Positions 1-15,174 of a DNA stretch of 64,000 nucleotides are shown piece after piece. Made by a program: the position numbers and the translations under genes. Positions within the stretch are counted from its first letter, which is position 1; each line of letters begins with the position of its first letter. This DNA comes from Tubulanus polymorphus (Eukaryota > Animalia > Nemertea): assembly GCF_964204645.1 (NCBI RefSeq), contig NC_134030.1, positions 9,761,222 to 9,825,221 of the forward strand, in the 5' to 3' direction. The notes under the pieces are model-generated. The model was not told the origin of the DNA, ran no database searches, and saw nothing but the letters and a program-made list of their open reading frames with translations.

Positions 1-2246
1 TGTTTAATCTCTAAACAGCAACCGCTTTGGTTTCAATTTCATAAATTGAAAGGATTTTTGATTCGAGGGGAAATTAAATCTAGCATAGTAAATAACCACT
101 CCCGGTAATATATCGTTGCTCGCGGAAATTGGATTCCGCGGAAAAGCCCAGAGAAAACGACGATCTCTTGTTGTTGCTGGTTACGTCGAAATATTTTTCT
201 TGTCCGCTTCTTTTTCATCCTCGCAACACGCACAGACGACCGACTCTCGATGAGAACAGCGCATTATAGCCCAAGTGTTACGTACCGCAGACGATAACGA
301 TCGAAAAGAGAAGCCCCGATCTAAAGTAAAATAACAGATTGCTTTAATCGTCGGTCGATTCATGAATAAAGTATATGTTGTGCAATAGTTCGTGATCAAA
401 ACGTTGCAAACGCCGTGTCTGAGGTTCGTATATGAAAAGGAATCGACGCTGTGTTCTCTGTTTTTTTCTTTATTCATGTTGTCGGCAGCTTCGGGAATGA
501 AGATGTGTGGTAGCTAGTGTGCTGTAGAAGAAACGCGATTTGGATCTGGCACTTGTGAAGCGTACTTCAATCCTTTTTGATATCGGAAAATCTTTCTCAA
601 GTCACTTCTAGATTTTCGAAAAAATGAATCAACTGTATGGCACATCGTGGGCCAGTCTCCAGAATGTTGATTCACTTGTTCATTTTTTGTTTTTGTTTTC
701 ATTTTCTAATGCCGGCCCTTTTTGGATTACTTTAACCGAAATCCTGTTGGCGTCAAAGTTCGAGTGATATTCTAAATGTCGACGCAGATCCAACCACTTT
801 TCAAGGGAGAGCGCTGGGTGGTAAATCTTCGCCCAGTATTACGTAGGTATAGATCCCCCATATTCAGTTTTCTATCAAACTAGAATCTAAAACTCAGATG
901 AAAACCTGGATAATTCTTTTTACAACAAAATTTAGGAATACTTTCCCAGACATTTTATTATTACTTTCAACATATGATTTTCTTCATAGACATTTTCAAA
1001 ACTACCATGATGTCATTTTTAATGCATGTAGCTTGAATGTAACTTGCTAAAAGTCACAGAATAATGTCATTTTTATGCGCGTAGCTTGCTGAAAGTCACA
1101 GATTATCCAAGGTGAAAATTGTGACGACCACCAAATCATGGAGAATTTGAAATTTTTTAAATCAATCAATGTTTTTCAACATAACAATATTGATTTTGTT
1201 GGATTTTGTTATAAAATCACATTTGGAGTTTTTTACCATGGGGGATTTTTACCAAGGGGGTTAGTTACCCAGGGGGGATTTTACTGGTGGGATATTTACC
1301 GGGGGGGATTTTTACTCTTCATCTTACGTTTCGGCAATGCGTGCATTCTTCCCGACGCTGCATTTTTACTATCGGAATACATTGGTCGTAACGGCAACAT
1401 GCCGAGTCCCCCTGTCAAAGCGCTGGACATGTCTTAACCTGGCATAATCGAAATGAACAAATCCCGAACTTATCGGGAAAATTGTGCGTAATAAGACGCC
1501 TAGCGGACAAAATAGGAACCACCGAACCCGTATAGATATTTCAGCATCGGATAGAATCAGAACGGTTAAGAGCAGTTGCATTACTAGATACTCAATTCGA
1601 GTTGGTCTCCATTGAAAACTCTCTCGTATAAATACTCAAATCCGCGCTAATGCACCCTCCGCATTTGACAAGGCGATTGAAAACAATATCTCATCTCGCG
1701 TCTTACGGCATTTCCATAAATCACAATACAAAAAAAACCTACGCCGATCATCGATTGTAAATGCGGTACTTACCCTGTCACCGAGTGACGCATCCCGGCT
1801 TTACACGCCAAGCGAAGCGACTCGACCGTCGTTTACGGCGCGGTTAATGACCGCGTAAAGCTACCGTTAACGGGTCGTCGAGTTCCAATAATTGCCTCTT
1901 GATGAGGAACGGTTGCGTCGTCGTCTGGCTAGTTGTAGTCTCTCAATTGTCGGTTGATCCTATTACACCTGTTCACCGGCGGTAGAAGACGAACGACGGC
2001 GATCCCCGTGTGTGTCACCGCTGTCAACGGCGGCGTTACCGACGACGTCGTCGATCAGCGTTGCGAGCGCGAAAACGAGCGGACCCGTCATTCGCTGCCG
2101 GTTCGGTAATGAACGATCGACAACATTTCTCCATCCGAACGGTAACCAGATCTAATCTGCGACAGCTGCGTTTTAAACACCTCCTGATAGGCTTATGTGT
2201 AGGAGAGAGCACATGGTCATAATGTGAAAACGAAAAATATACACAA

Positions 2247-2627
2247 CGTGAAAAATCCTGCAATAGATTCAGCCAAATAAAGAAAGTTCTATAGTGGAAT
2301 GGTTTATGCATATTTCGAGCAACGTTTCGACTAAATACTATTTGCCATTACCATTTTACTATAGAACTTGTTTTCTCTTTTGGCTGAATACTATTAGCCA
2401 TCATCAAGACCCAGTTCCACAGTTCTGTGTTTAGACTCAGAGTCAACTTACTGAAAATTAACTTATTTGAACTCAGACTTAAATCTAATCACAAAAGTGG
2501 AACTGGATCCCGGCGTACAGATACGCCTGATGATGGCTAATAGTAATTAGGCGAAATTTTGCTCGAATCATAAACCATTTTACTATAGAACTTTTGTGGC
2601 TGAATCTATTGTGGGATTTCTCTCGTT
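2247..2627. mobile_element. Penelope-like inverted-repeat remnant with degenerate hammerhead cores, interrupted by a MITE
   Basis: Arms about 2247-2406 and 2524-2627 are imperfect reverse complements; CTGATGA-stem-GAAA at 2527-2556; ends in ttgtgggatttctc. Confidence 0.6.
2409..2510. mobile_element. Short palindromic MITE (GACCCAGTTCCA...TGGAACTGG family)
   Basis: Inverted ends; homologous copies at about 8653-8762, 12052-12160 and a related one at about 49575-49660. Confidence 0.7.
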
Positions 2628-3921
2628 ATTCGTATCTTACACGCGGATATTATGGTTTCTTCTCGACTCTGCAAAATATACATATATCAATGACCGCTCT
2701 ACGCCCTTTACGATAACCTAATCTTAAAGTTTTGAAGTGAAAATTCCGTGATAAAAGTCATTGACCGGAGATTTCCCGCCGCGTTTTGCCTACGTAATCT
2801 GTCGTAATAATCGGATATTAGTAACAAATTAAACACAGTTTAGGATCCTAGTTTTATAAGCAAATATGTCAACGGTTAGTTGTACGTGCGCGTGAATAAA
2901 GCTGACTCGGGTGATTATCTTGAAATAAGTATACTACAGCCGCCAATCGGCTGGAATACGTGCAGCGCACAAATCACCTCGATCGCGGCGACCAGTGCGT
3001 ATAAGATGTGCTGATTCTATTATCCAAACTTGATGAGGAAACGCTCTGTTCTGCGCATCCATCGCCTATTATGTGGCAATTGAATGACGAAATGGCGACG
3101 GTTCAAAGTTGACTGTTGATTTATCACTCGGTTACCGTCCATCCGTTGACAGCCAACCGCACAGAACATACGGACGCCATTTCCCGTCGACGTGTCAGTC
3201 GTATCTGTATACGTTGTTGCGATTGCTTGAAAAATATGCATATTTAACCTTCAGTAAGTTATCAATGATAGCGAAATCTAAGCAAAAACCGATGCATCTC
3301 ACGAACAGTCAGTGGAGCGTCTGAAATGACGCTCATTAGCAAAAGAATTATGAAGGCGACGACACTTCAGATGACTTTCCGAACAGGCTTAATGATACGG
3401 ATTGATGCAGAGTACATTGAAATGAGAATGAGTTTTTAATAGCAGATGAGTTAACGGGAATATTAACCATATATCAGATACACAACAGTTATGAATAAAA
3501 AAAAGATATAAATTGATCAATACGGGAACGGTCGATTCTAGGAGCGCCGCTTTGACAAGGGAGCATCTCAAAATGTCGATAGCTGTTTCAAAAGTAACTC
3601 GAAAAAGTGAGTTGAAGAATACACGAATGCCGAACTATCGATCATTGCTGCATGATTCGAACATTAATCAAAAAAGATGTTTTTTTGAGAAAACACGCAC
3701 TCTTTACGAGAAATTTGTCGAGGCCTATTTTTTTATAAAGTCTCTTAGAGTTTTAGGTTTTTTTCACATGTTTTTAATGGTTCTTCTATTTTATTTTCAA
3801 TTAAAAGTTGTTGAGAACTTAACTCTTGAGAACTTATCTTTGTCTGCAGTCTCTCATTAGAAAATCAATAGTTCCAACTTTGGCATGCGTCTGATCAAAG
3901 GTCAGGTTTGGAGTACGAAAG

Positions 3922-4499
3922 AATGGGGTACCAGCACACACCAGATGGAGCAACAATGCACTCAGTTTTATAGATAGTGAAATTAGTTCATTTTCAAGAA
4001 CTTTAAAAACTGGATTCTTAGGCTCCGAAATGGTTTCAAAACAAGTCATCAAATAATATTGGCGTCCCCAATGAGTGTATGGTTATAGTTTTACTGATTT
4101 GCCGATGAGAAAAGTTGATTCGAATTAAATTGAAATGTCGAAGAAATTGAAGCGCGGTAACCGAGTAACCACTAGCGAGCCTGGTACGATAGCCACACTC
4201 AAACGTGGTGAACAGATGATAAGATAAAAACCCACTACTTACAAATTAAAAGAAATCTAAAATCGAGAATTTATTTATTGAAACAATCTAAAATATAAGA
4301 ACACGATGATCTCTAGTGAGAGATCGAAACGTCGTGTTCTTATATTTTTGATTGTTTCAATAAATAAATTCTCGATTTTAGATTTCTTTTAATTTGTAAA
4401 TAGTGGGGTTTTATCTCACCTTAATAGCGAACCTGGCGGACCCTCACCTGCCATAATCGATGTCCTCGATTGCCACAGTAGCGGTACCGGTACCCCATT
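3922..4499 (+). mobile_element. MITE with AATGGGGTACC/GGTACCCCATT terminal inverted repeats, with nested Penelope-like palindrome
   Basis: TIRs at 3922 and 4489-4499; internal tagcgaacctggNggatcctcgcctgcc shared with at least 7 other copies in the window. Confidence 0.75.
4222..4416. mobile_element. Penelope-like palindrome with truncated hammerhead core
   Basis: About 80-bp near-perfect inverted arms around gatgatctctagtgagagatcgaaacgtc; same family as 29199-29320. Confidence 0.65.
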
Positions 4500-7077
4500 C
4501 TTATTGACATCTTGATATGCTCCCTAAAGTAGGCCTACGTGTATATATGTATGTACACATGCGGTGGTAAGTCGAGTGAATTGTAAGCCAATGACCAAGC
4601 TAATACCGCGCGTAGTAATGAATGTAACGTGAGAATGGTCGATTTTCCGATACAGGTACCTTGATAAATGAAACTCGATCAAAAGCCCAATCCCATCGTC
4701 GTCGAGATTGGCATACGATGTTCTTGTCCAGCGTAATTCGAATCATCTATCGCGTCTTCGCTCGCGGTCGACCGGATTGCGCGATGCTTTTTTGCGGCCG
4801 TGTTGTTGTTGACGTGTAGTCGGAGTCGCCCCGATCGCTTTAATCATCGAATGCTACGACGGTTCCCAAGAGGAATGCCGACAAACGAATTCCCTTCCGT
4901 GCGCGGGCGTTCTCTGCAGAGTATCGTACGTTGTTAATGCCTTTTTAAAGACAATGTCGGGAGTGCATCAGACTATACGCGGGCGGTAGTTGTCGGGGAC
5001 GCTGTCTAAATTAACGAAGAGATTTCCATTTTCGAGGTACGGTCTGTCCGCTCTCTCTCTCTCTCTCTTGACTCGTTATTAAGATCAGCTCGAATGATTA
5101 ATTGATCTTCGAATATTTATCTCAGAAAATCGATCATCCCAATCAGCGCTATACGTTACAATAAGCGTCCCAGTAGTTTTATGAGCGACGATGACAAGAA
5201 GTTGGAATTATAAGTGATTTGTTCCCCTTCATTTCCATACCCCGATTCAAGAAATGTATGTTGACTCGACATATTATATATAACCAACAAAAAAATTGTA
5301 GGCCTACATCGAATGCGCAAGGCGAAAATGGACATGTTGACGCTGTATGAAGATTTAATTAAGACGTATTGCAGAGAATGATGATCTTTTGTACGGCATC
5401 AATGCAACTTGTAGCTCGTGTCCGGAAGTTGGCCAATTTCCTGCCATGGTTTCATTCAGCTGCGGAAACAACCAAGATAAGACCAGACGCTACCAACGGG
5501 AAAACAAAATACCGTCAACGTCGCCTTCGAGCCGAACGTTTTTCCCCCGTTCGAATCGAGTTACTTTATTCACTTCGATAGCTCGAAATGGGAAATTGGC
5601 TTTTCAGTCGTCCACACATGGTTCAGGCAAACATAGAGCGTTCAGTCTTTTCTTCGACTTAAACCCCGACTTTACACGTAATTCCAAAGTACGTTAGAAG
5701 TATGTTGCCGTTTTTTTCTCGAGATTTTGGCGTTATAGGGAATTCGATGAAATGGCTAGTACAGAATTCGGAATGAAGGAATTTGTACTGAGATACAATT
5801 CTGGTCTGGATCACTGATCGTACAGAGCTTCTGGTTACAGCAGAGGCCAACACGATGATAACTGAAGTCTGGCCTCCTAGAATAAGACAGTGTTTTCATT
5901 CACCAAGAAACAATATGGTGGTGTGATCATCATAAAATGAGTAATAATTAATGGTCGCTGTTGTGAATATCAATTTCGCCTATTCGATTTAGTAGTAGGT
6001 TTACAAAGAACCTGCATGAGTCAAAGCCTTGTCGTCTATAAGTTACTTTGTGTTACTTTACTTCTTATTGCGTAGGAGAAAATATCTCCTGTTACAACGG
6101 CGTTGAATAAGAAACCTAACACCACATTGTACATCCGTAATGCGACACTTCTGTGTAAAGTGAGCACCATCCCCCGTACAGTCGGAAGAAAAGCTCATTC
6201 GCCCCAGGTTCACCCCGGATTCTGGTTTCATATAGTCAAGGTGTCGAAGCTGACGGCGGGTGTCAAAGAGTTGGGGGGTTGTTTTTCGTCACTGTATACA
6301 ACGCCGTCATAAGTGCGTTTATTCAGGTGGTAATTGCCTACGCGACGATTCGTTCCTGCCGAGGCTTTCGTCATATCACGTCGGAACAATACGGCTAGGA
6401 AATTCCTAATTTAGCGATTTCAATGTTTGAAAAATGTCGATTGAATATTTTGCCCTTTCGCCACCGATGTACATATGTGGCCTTGTCGGAGGCAAGTACA
6501 CGTATTCATGATTAAACCATCGCCTCTCCCCGTTCGGATCCATTTCTAATCACCGTCCAGCGATGCATCGCAATCAATCATTTAATGTCGTTCTTATTTC
6601 ACGTGAAATCAATGATTATCTGCGTCTGACACTTTTCACTAATAGAACGTACGTTCCGATGACATGGCGACGGCGCCTGGTATTCGTTCCCGTGCGTCGA
6701 GATCGTGTTTTCCGCACTCAAATAATCAAGTCTTCTTGTATCGATAGCTCGGTGGCAAACAACCGAAAGTATAATCTTTTATACACACAGCGAAACACGG
6801 TTTACACGCGTCGCGATTATTATGAAGCCGTCGAGTGTCTTCGGATTTCATTCGACGAACGAATTTTGACACAATCCAAACGACGGAGTCTGACTTTCCG
6901 AAGAAAGTGAAAGGCATCGCATTAACGCCGATTGTGTGTAATGCGACCTCATAGGAAATATCAAATCAATTTCTGCTCAAACGTTTTACATTTGATTAAT
7001 GAATCTGAGTGCAGTAGATTTTAGAATAAGAATTCCAGTTGCTACGACTGTTAAACGTGGTGGTGATTTAATGGACA

Positions 7078-7338
7078 TCTTACTATATGACTTCTCATGG
7101 GCGGAACGTACCAGAGCTTTGAGCAAAGGTCAAGCGCTGTGTTTCCCCAGATATATTTCTAAATGGAAAATGCATTCATAAAAATGTGTAAAATAATTTC
7201 TGGCAGACGCCGAAACAGCAATCGAGATAGATTTGAATTGTAATTAGTTCCAGCGTTATATGATTGATATCGCTATTTTAGAACACGGAGCTGGTGGTTG
7301 AGACTCCCTAAACCTCCCTCTCCTTGTATCCGTCCCTG
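7078..7338. mobile_element. Non-autonomous DNA transposon (hAT-like ends ...GGATCCGNCCCTG)
   Basis: Homologous to about 42365-42535 (cccagata...aaaatgcattcataaaa...gactNcctaaacct...tccgNcctg). Confidence 0.5.
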
Positions 7339-7407
7339 CATCTTCGTCGTATCGATAATTCGTTTGTTTACTCTTGTTCAGCGTACTTCTATAGGTAATT
7401 CGAAAGC

Positions 7408-7750
7408 AATGGGTTACCGCAGTGCTACTGTGGCAATCGAGGATTCCACGTATGGCAGGTGAGGATCCACCAGGTTTGCTAGTAGATAGTTGATCGTCCG
7501 CGTTCGATTTCCTCTACATTTCAATGAAATCCGAATGAATTTTTCTCTCAAATGAATCGATTATTCATATATCTACACCGATATCCGAGTAGAAGAATGA
7601 AAGTATTTTATATTTTGGTGGGCGCTGTGATGGTGTATGGATTGTGGAGCCTAGAAATCTAGTTCAAAGTTCATTGAAAATTTGACACCGGACGACCTAC
7701 TGTTCGTCATGCCATCTGGCGGGATAGATGTTTTTGCGGGTCACCCCATT
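7408..7750 (-). mobile_element. GGGGTACC-TIR MITE copy (reverse orientation)
   Basis: aatgggttacc...ggtcaccccatt ends; ggcaggtgaggatccaccaggtttgctag is the reverse complement of the family core. Confidence 0.75.
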
Positions 7751-8652
7751 GATGCATCGTGTAATTTTATCGGTTTTGTTATTTCTCGTAGTACGATGAA
7801 GTTTTTGGCCATGAATATAGGGAACGAAACGTCCGGCCAATGAAGCTTTTCACAGCGGGCTATTATACCTTCTACTTTGCGCTATAGGCAATATCACGGG
7901 TTTGATGTTTCCTAATTTCTTAAAAACAAAGTCAACGCGAGTCAATTGTTTTTCTTCGGAATCTTGACGATAATCACAAGTCGACGACGAAACTGATGGC
8001 GAATGATTACGGGTTGCTATTCGTAAAGGATGGTATGGAGCCGGAGTAGGTCGTTATCGCCGTGAGCTATAGCGAGATCCGAATAATGGTTGAGTTTTAG
8101 GATAGACACGAGCAGGGGTGAAAACCGCTGATTTCCGCGCGAAATGTCAACTCAGATTTGAAGTCGGTTCGTCGGTTAATCGGGTGCCATGAATAATTAA
8201 GTACAACGTCATCGTTTTGCCTACCACCATCAAAACAACGCCATTTTCGCAAATAAACACATAACAGTCATCTTTTCCATTTAGTCGTTTTCGTCGAACG
8301 TCCCCGAGCGACAGGGAATAATTGCCTTGATCAATCCCGCAAGGGAATTTAATCGAGGCAGAATTTGCTTTTATTTCTTTGAAAAGATCGCTGCTGCTTA
8401 CAAACGAATCAAAAACGTGTTTGAAAGTCCGTTTCTTGCTTAATTAAATGAAGGTGAAATTGAATTGACTATTCGAACGCGCTTCTCGAGCGTGCGATCG
8501 TCAAATTGCGACGGTATCATAATATAGTCGGGGAATATGATGATAATGTATTTTTTTCAATCGAATAATATTTTCGATATAGAATGGCTATACCAGTGTT
8601 ATGGCTCCGACAGAAATTATAAGTACAGATCTACAGCAAAGTATATCTCAAA

Positions 8653-8762
8653 GACCCAGTTCCATAGTTGTGAGTTAGAGTGAACTCTGGGTTAAAGTTA
8701 GTTTATTTTCCAATGAGTTAACTCAAGAGTTCTATCTTAACTCGGAACTATGGAACTGAACC
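8653..8762. mobile_element. Palindromic MITE (same family as 2409-2510)
   Basis: gacccagttccatagttgtgagttag...ctaNcttaactcggaactatggaactgaacc. Confidence 0.7.
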
Positions 8763-11700
8763 CGGAGTAAAAACATTCGTCTATGCTTTATTCATTTTTT
8801 AACCATGCATGGACTCCAGAACTTGAGAGTCGATGGATGTATATATTCCTTGGTTCCAAAATCTAAGAAGGGAGGCTATAATTATTGGTGACATCTAGCT
8901 CACTAACCTCGACTTTTGAAACCGAATCGTTGTCGTCACCCCTTAGAAATTGTTAAATCATGCAACATGATATCTATGCCTATATTCATTGCACGCTGCC
9001 CTTTTTACAATGGATCTTTGGAGATATCTATAGCGTCAGTGCCTAATCCTAATTTCCTTGTTAATTCGTGTCTGTTCTTTACCTGTTCCCTGCGTCTTTT
9101 TCTTCTATATTACTTGCCTACACTGTCTCGCAATTACACGAACACCCATCTCTAAGACAATAATAGAGCAATCCTTTTACGCAAATTTAATCCCCGTCTG
9201 CGCAAATTACCTATACACTATTCCGGGTGGTATGCGACAGCAAGCGTTTACGTAAAAACACCTCTATCGGAGTTCTTTCTTTAAAGTCCCGTCTACATTC
9301 AGTGCTTCGTTGATTATTCTATTTACGCTGGAACGTGTTCGAAAAAAACCTACGTCGTTGTATATTAATTAAACATCTTTAGGCGGAACCATTTAACGGA
9401 AAGTTGGGCGCTAGTCCCTATATGGCATTATAGTGCGTGTGTAGAGTAACTGTGCGTTATTCGGTCATTGTTCGTAGCAGTTGACCGTTGACAATCGACA
9501 GCTAGAGTAAACTACGAAAAGAGGTGGAAACCTATCAACCTAGCAACCAGAACTGAAGTATGACAGTTATTCCACCCCTTTTACTGCTATTTCGTTCCTG
9601 ATTTTCATTGTTTCTCATAAATCCATTGCGTATAATGAAGTTGCGGATGATTTGGATGATATTGGCATTTCGAAATGCTAAACAAAGATGCGCGAATGCA
9701 AAGTTGCTCATGGACATTTTGTAACGGAAAATAAAAGCGGTTCCCGGTTGCCCGGCTGGTGGCGCCCCCTTTGGCTCAAGGACAACCAGCCAATCAGAAC
9801 CACGGAGTCACGTTCTTTCATTTCCGGAGCTCAGGCGTAAAGTTAACAGCGTAGAGTAAACGTTTTACTCATGTATACATAACATTCAAATATGCCCTAT
9901 ATATCTAGATAACTAGGGTTGGGGGTTTATGTTTTTGAATAAGTAGCTAATTAATCACACGCAAAACGTAACTGCTATATAGACGAGTATCTTTAAGAAT
10001 TCAGAGTATAAGAAGGCGATAAATCATCGCATACAGAAACTGATTGTGTATATGTATACATATACGTATTCATGTCTGGCCGACACTTCAGAATGATGAC
10101 ATAGACACAGCGCGGAGACAAGCGTGTAAAATTCACGAGGCAAGGCGGCAAATGTAGTTTGAAAATAAATTGAAGCAAAAACGTCGTCTTGCCTACGATA
10201 AATTATTAATATCTGAAACATCCCATTCAAGTCGGATCATATCACCGTTCTGTCTGCGGATGGTTCCTCTAAGATTTATGATTCTGTGAGATTTTATGAA
10301 GTCTCAATTGACGCTTTGCGATTCGTGGTTTGCGGCGGTATAATGGATTCGCGTCGCAAAAATCATTACGCATTTTAAAGGTGTCTGATGCATCGGCCGT
10401 ATATTGATACGTCTTTGTTTTTTTGAAGCGAAGTAAACATCGTCGGCCACGATTGTACAGTCGAAGCTCGTCATTACGATTCGGATTACGACAAAAACCT
10501 CAGTAATACGATGAATGCAAGAATTCCCAGCTTTTCTTGTGGAAATGTGTCCTTAGTACGCTCAAGTAAATACGGAAATTCCGGGTAATACGATAGCAGA
10601 TTTTACGATCTTCTATTCATTTCTATAGTAAATAAACACACTTATAGTACAATGGTCCTGAATGAATTTGCCTTTTTTTATAAAGTTTCACTTTTCCGCA
10701 GTATTTATGAGAGTCGTCTGAGCTATCTATTGTGTGGTGGCGCTGACCACACCCAGAATAAATCTCTATGGGGTGTCCGTTGAGGTATGGAATCGTTTTT
10801 ATCAAATTAATGGTCAATCCAAAATTCGGTTAGCACGATAATTTTCTTAAGTTTCTAACGGACATCGTAACAAGGTTCGGAAAAATTATCGCCCCGAACA
10901 GAAAGGTAAACAAAAGCTTAAAACATTAGATACAGATTTCATTGAAGCACTACACGAACATCGTTCTTCATCACAGCTGCAAGTTTTACTCGTCTAACAT
11001 TTTTTCTAACGTTTTTTTTTTAATGTTGGGTTTCTTCTGGGTGACTAGTTCATTCGCGAGAAACCAAGGATGGGGCCAAGACGCGAGATAAGCGATATGT
11101 TATGTAAATGACCATCTGTTATTTCTGTATATGTATATAAGCAGCTATTAACAGAAATATAACTGTCCTTATGCCAGTTTCCGTAAGCTCTTAAACTGAC
11201 AGCTAAGCGGGGAACTGTAGTTATCATCTCTTTATATCATCCGACTATCTCTGTGTGATCACTATTATATCATAAGCTGACGGGATGACAATCTAATCGT
11301 CCTCGTTGTTTCCCAGGCTTTATCCGTACCGTCGAACGCGCGTATAGAAAAAAGACCACCAGTCTAGAAAAACATACGTCCCCAGTTTCCTGCGCTGCAG
11401 ACAAGACACTTTTAAGCCATAGGATATACGTTTTTCGTTTGCGGGGAAATTGCTCGCTCACTAATAGCTGCTTCTACCGCAATCGGAATTAGTCGCGGGT
11501 GACACCGGGTCGCTTCAAAGACGGTGGCGCACGCAGTTTCGCTATTCGAACATAATTGTTTCAAATTAGTATCTGGCGAAACTCTTAGTCGACAAACTTA
11601 TAAGCGACTCGGCTCCTACAATTAAGTTTACCTGTTCGTACCAAAGAAATAGCCCCGGATAAAACTGCTGAACGCTGCCAAATTCGATCGATCGTGATTG

Positions 11701-12051
11701 CGCCACGTGATGACTACCGCGAATTAATCGTTTCAAAATGAGATGAACCAATTCGCCTGCAGTGCGCGTCGAGTTTCCAATATCGTGTTCGCGCAAGGTC
11801 GCCGTCAGTGTTGAAAGTTGCGTACGTGCGTCCTCGATTGATGACGATATTGATGTATACAAAATTATATAGCTTTTAGTCATTTTGTATTTTCGATACT
11901 CATCGGGCCAAACATCATTTCTTATCCTCGCCCAGCGCCAACCGGTAGGATTAGAAAAACAAACAATGCGCGAATTTGATTAAACAAAAAAATACATTTT
12001 AAAGACTATTCGTTTGCGGGCTATTTGCCACCAAAGATGGGTGGTTTACGG

Positions 12052-12160
12052 GGCCCGGTTCCTAGGTTTTGAGTTACAGTTATCTCAGAGTTGAATCAGT
12101 TCGTTTTCAATGTTTTAATTCTAGAGTCAAATTTAACTCAGAATTGTGAACCTGGGTCCA
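12052..12160. mobile_element. Palindromic MITE (same family as 2409-2510)
   Basis: ggcccggttcc...gagttac...aactcagaattgtgaacctgggtcc. Confidence 0.65.
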
Positions 12161-15100
12161 GGCTTTTATAAGTTGTGCACTTTATGTATATTTGATGATT
12201 ATATCAGGTGCGCGGACTGACGGCCGTTCGGGGAAGAAGCACGCAATCAGGGTCAACAAATCTCTCAGCCTTAGCGTAATATGCCAACGACATATCGTAT
12301 TACACTTCCATCATAAACGGTTAACCACTTTGCTTAATATGATGTATGTGTAGTTGGTGTGTGAAGAGCTGCAGAGATAATGTATCAAGTTTCACCTAAA
12401 AAAACGTGTTTGTCCGCTGAAGTCTACGCATCGATGCACCGCTTTCAGAATCCTAATTCATTGCTCGCTCAAATCCGATTCTGCGAAGTATTTCGTTATA
12501 AGGCCGAAAGATGAAATTGCGAAATAATGATCGTTCGTTCCCCGAACCGGAGGAAAAGGATCGGTCACATCGATTTTGCAGCAATGGCCGATTGATTCCG
12601 TTGATTACCGTTGAATAGACGCGTTGTGCCCGTGTTGTGACGACTACGAGAATTCTACAATATCCCATTATCCCACTTACTTATAGTCATCTTACGACTA
12701 TTAGTATATAGTTGAAACGTTGGATAAACTACACTCTAGCTCAAGAAAAACGTTTTCGGACTTTTTCGTCTTTATTGTGAGATTCTCGTAATATGATTTC
12801 GTTGATGTTAGGGAGATTGGATCGAAGTAATGTATAAACAACAGATCACATTACGAATGACTGTCTAGTCTGGGGTGTGGCATGTGACAGAATATTTTTT
12901 ATCATATTTGCATCGAAAGACATGCCAAAACGTGTTGCATTAAGGGGCATTCGAATGATTGGAATTTTCTTACATGGTTCCAAGTCATCCATTAGGAAAT
13001 TGAACATAAAGCTCGGCTCGTGATGCTTTGTACCTATTTCAAAAAGTTATATGTTACAAGAAATCGCGTGTGTAATTTATCTAATAGCTCAGAATATCCA
13101 TCATGCTTGATACGATATTCCGACTCCAACGCAATAAAGCCTCCTTATACTCTTCAAAGCCTTCAGTTCGAATCTAGAGACATTCAACAATTAGATCCTT
13201 GCCATGATGTCGAATTAGAAAATTGCAGAACTACCCCGATTGAATGTATAGATTGTCATTGTTATTATCATTATTATCGTAATTATTATCAGCATAAGGA
13301 GACGGATAGAACTTTATAGGTTAACTTATCTACGAGAAGTCTGATGTTTCGTTGCTTATGTGTAGTTCGACACCTGATGAAGTTGGATTTCTCCTGCCAA
13401 AGCTAGGCGGAATAAATAAACCGAGACGGATAGCACTTTTTATAGGGTAACATGTTTATTCGAAGTGCGGAATTTCGCGCTGATCTGTTGCTATTATTGA
13501 TGAATATGGCTGATGATAGTTATTAGCCTTTTTACGAAGATGGATCGTTAAGTCGCACTTGTTACGTATGCAAATCATCTTCAAATCATGAAATTCAATT
13601 GACTGAGCCGGTAAATTTGTATAATATCGGCGTATAGATTCGCTCGTCAAAACTGAAACATCAAAAGCGCGAATCGGGTGTATTTTCGAGACACTGCCGA
13701 ACACACACAAACAGATTTCCCTTGGAATCGTGGACTAACTATGACCTATTTCAAAAACGAGATTGGCGGCGAAGTATTCAACACTACGGTGAAATGAACG
13801 CCAAACATCTTCTCGGTGTTGACATCGCGTGCGACATGAAATGAACGATTCACAAGTCGTAATAATTACCTGCGCATCGAAATTCACTTCCGTTCTATGC
13901 TCTATTACGTATGACGTCATCGACACGCCGCGCCATCGCCGTAGATTTCTAATTGAATGTCTCTTTGTCGTTCGTTTCCGTTTTGGTAAAGTGATTTGCT
14001 GGTGGCGCGCGGCGAAGTTCGTAATTTCTGAAATCCGATTGTTTATGGATGTATAGCGCGGTCGCGCTGTATGTTTTTACTGTTGAAAGATGTCCTTGAA
14101 TGTAATTAATTAACGCGGGTAAACACCACTAGGAAAACGGCCTACGAAATATTTGATTTGTCGTTATACTGGTTGTTTTAATGTTTGAATAAATCGGGCG
14201 TTCTGCTGAAGAGATGAGTTGTTAACACGCTATTATCTATTTACTCATGCGGATAGTAAATTAGAATGAAAGAAAAAACCAGTCACGACGCCTCATTAAA
14301 ACGTAACATGATTAGTTAACCAAACAACCCGAGTAATATAATGTGTTTTCCATGCGCCAGTTTGCATGAGTGATGGATTGGTTATGTATAAAGCAACAAT
14401 AACTGTCCCTTTTTTCAACTAGAATATCCGGCACTTATCCTGTTTAGATAATTTTGATTCGACCATGGACTCCAAAATACGAAAGTCCGTTAATCAACGA
14501 ACAGTATACGCGGTGGTGTTGTAAATTGAAATCGGGATGTTCTGAAATAACGAAATTCCACACCTCTTCCAGCTTGAGGCAACATCTGACAAATGGATCT
14601 GGCGGAAACCGAATCAACAAGGTGAACCCATCAGCCGGCGGTCGCGCCGCGCCTCATTTACCTTTCGGCTCGATCTCGTAAAGCTTGATCTCATACGATC
14701 GTGGCGCTATAGTGCTCTCTGGAACTGGCACCGGAAGCCCGCGCGCCGTTATGGCCAATCTATATCGCGGATCTGTTATTTCGGTATGCGTCGTAGGTAG
14801 CCACGACCATAGCTATGCATTAAAGGTATTTACATGATACTTATTTGTATTCATATGACCGCTTATATACACATGTAGATATGATTGTATCGAACGGCCA
14901 AATAATGGAGAATTTTGATTCTTACGTTACAAAGTGTAATAACGAGGTTAATATGGCACGTATTATGTATCACGATTATTGAATATATATACCTATACGC
15001 CTATCTTTATCGCGAATAAATTATGATCGAACGAAAACAAAAAGTCAACCGCAGGGAGTTGATTTCTATCGCTCGACGAAAACGTTTTTAAGCGATAAGA

Positions 15101-15174
15101 AAAATAAATACATGTTTCAAGCCGGTATCAAAGGCTTCTTAAAAGTCAACAAAACGTCAGCGAAAGAGTCAGTG

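Noticed and set aside
13374-13430. CTGATGA...GAGACG hammerhead-like motif
   Set aside because: GAAA core mutated and no convincing stems.
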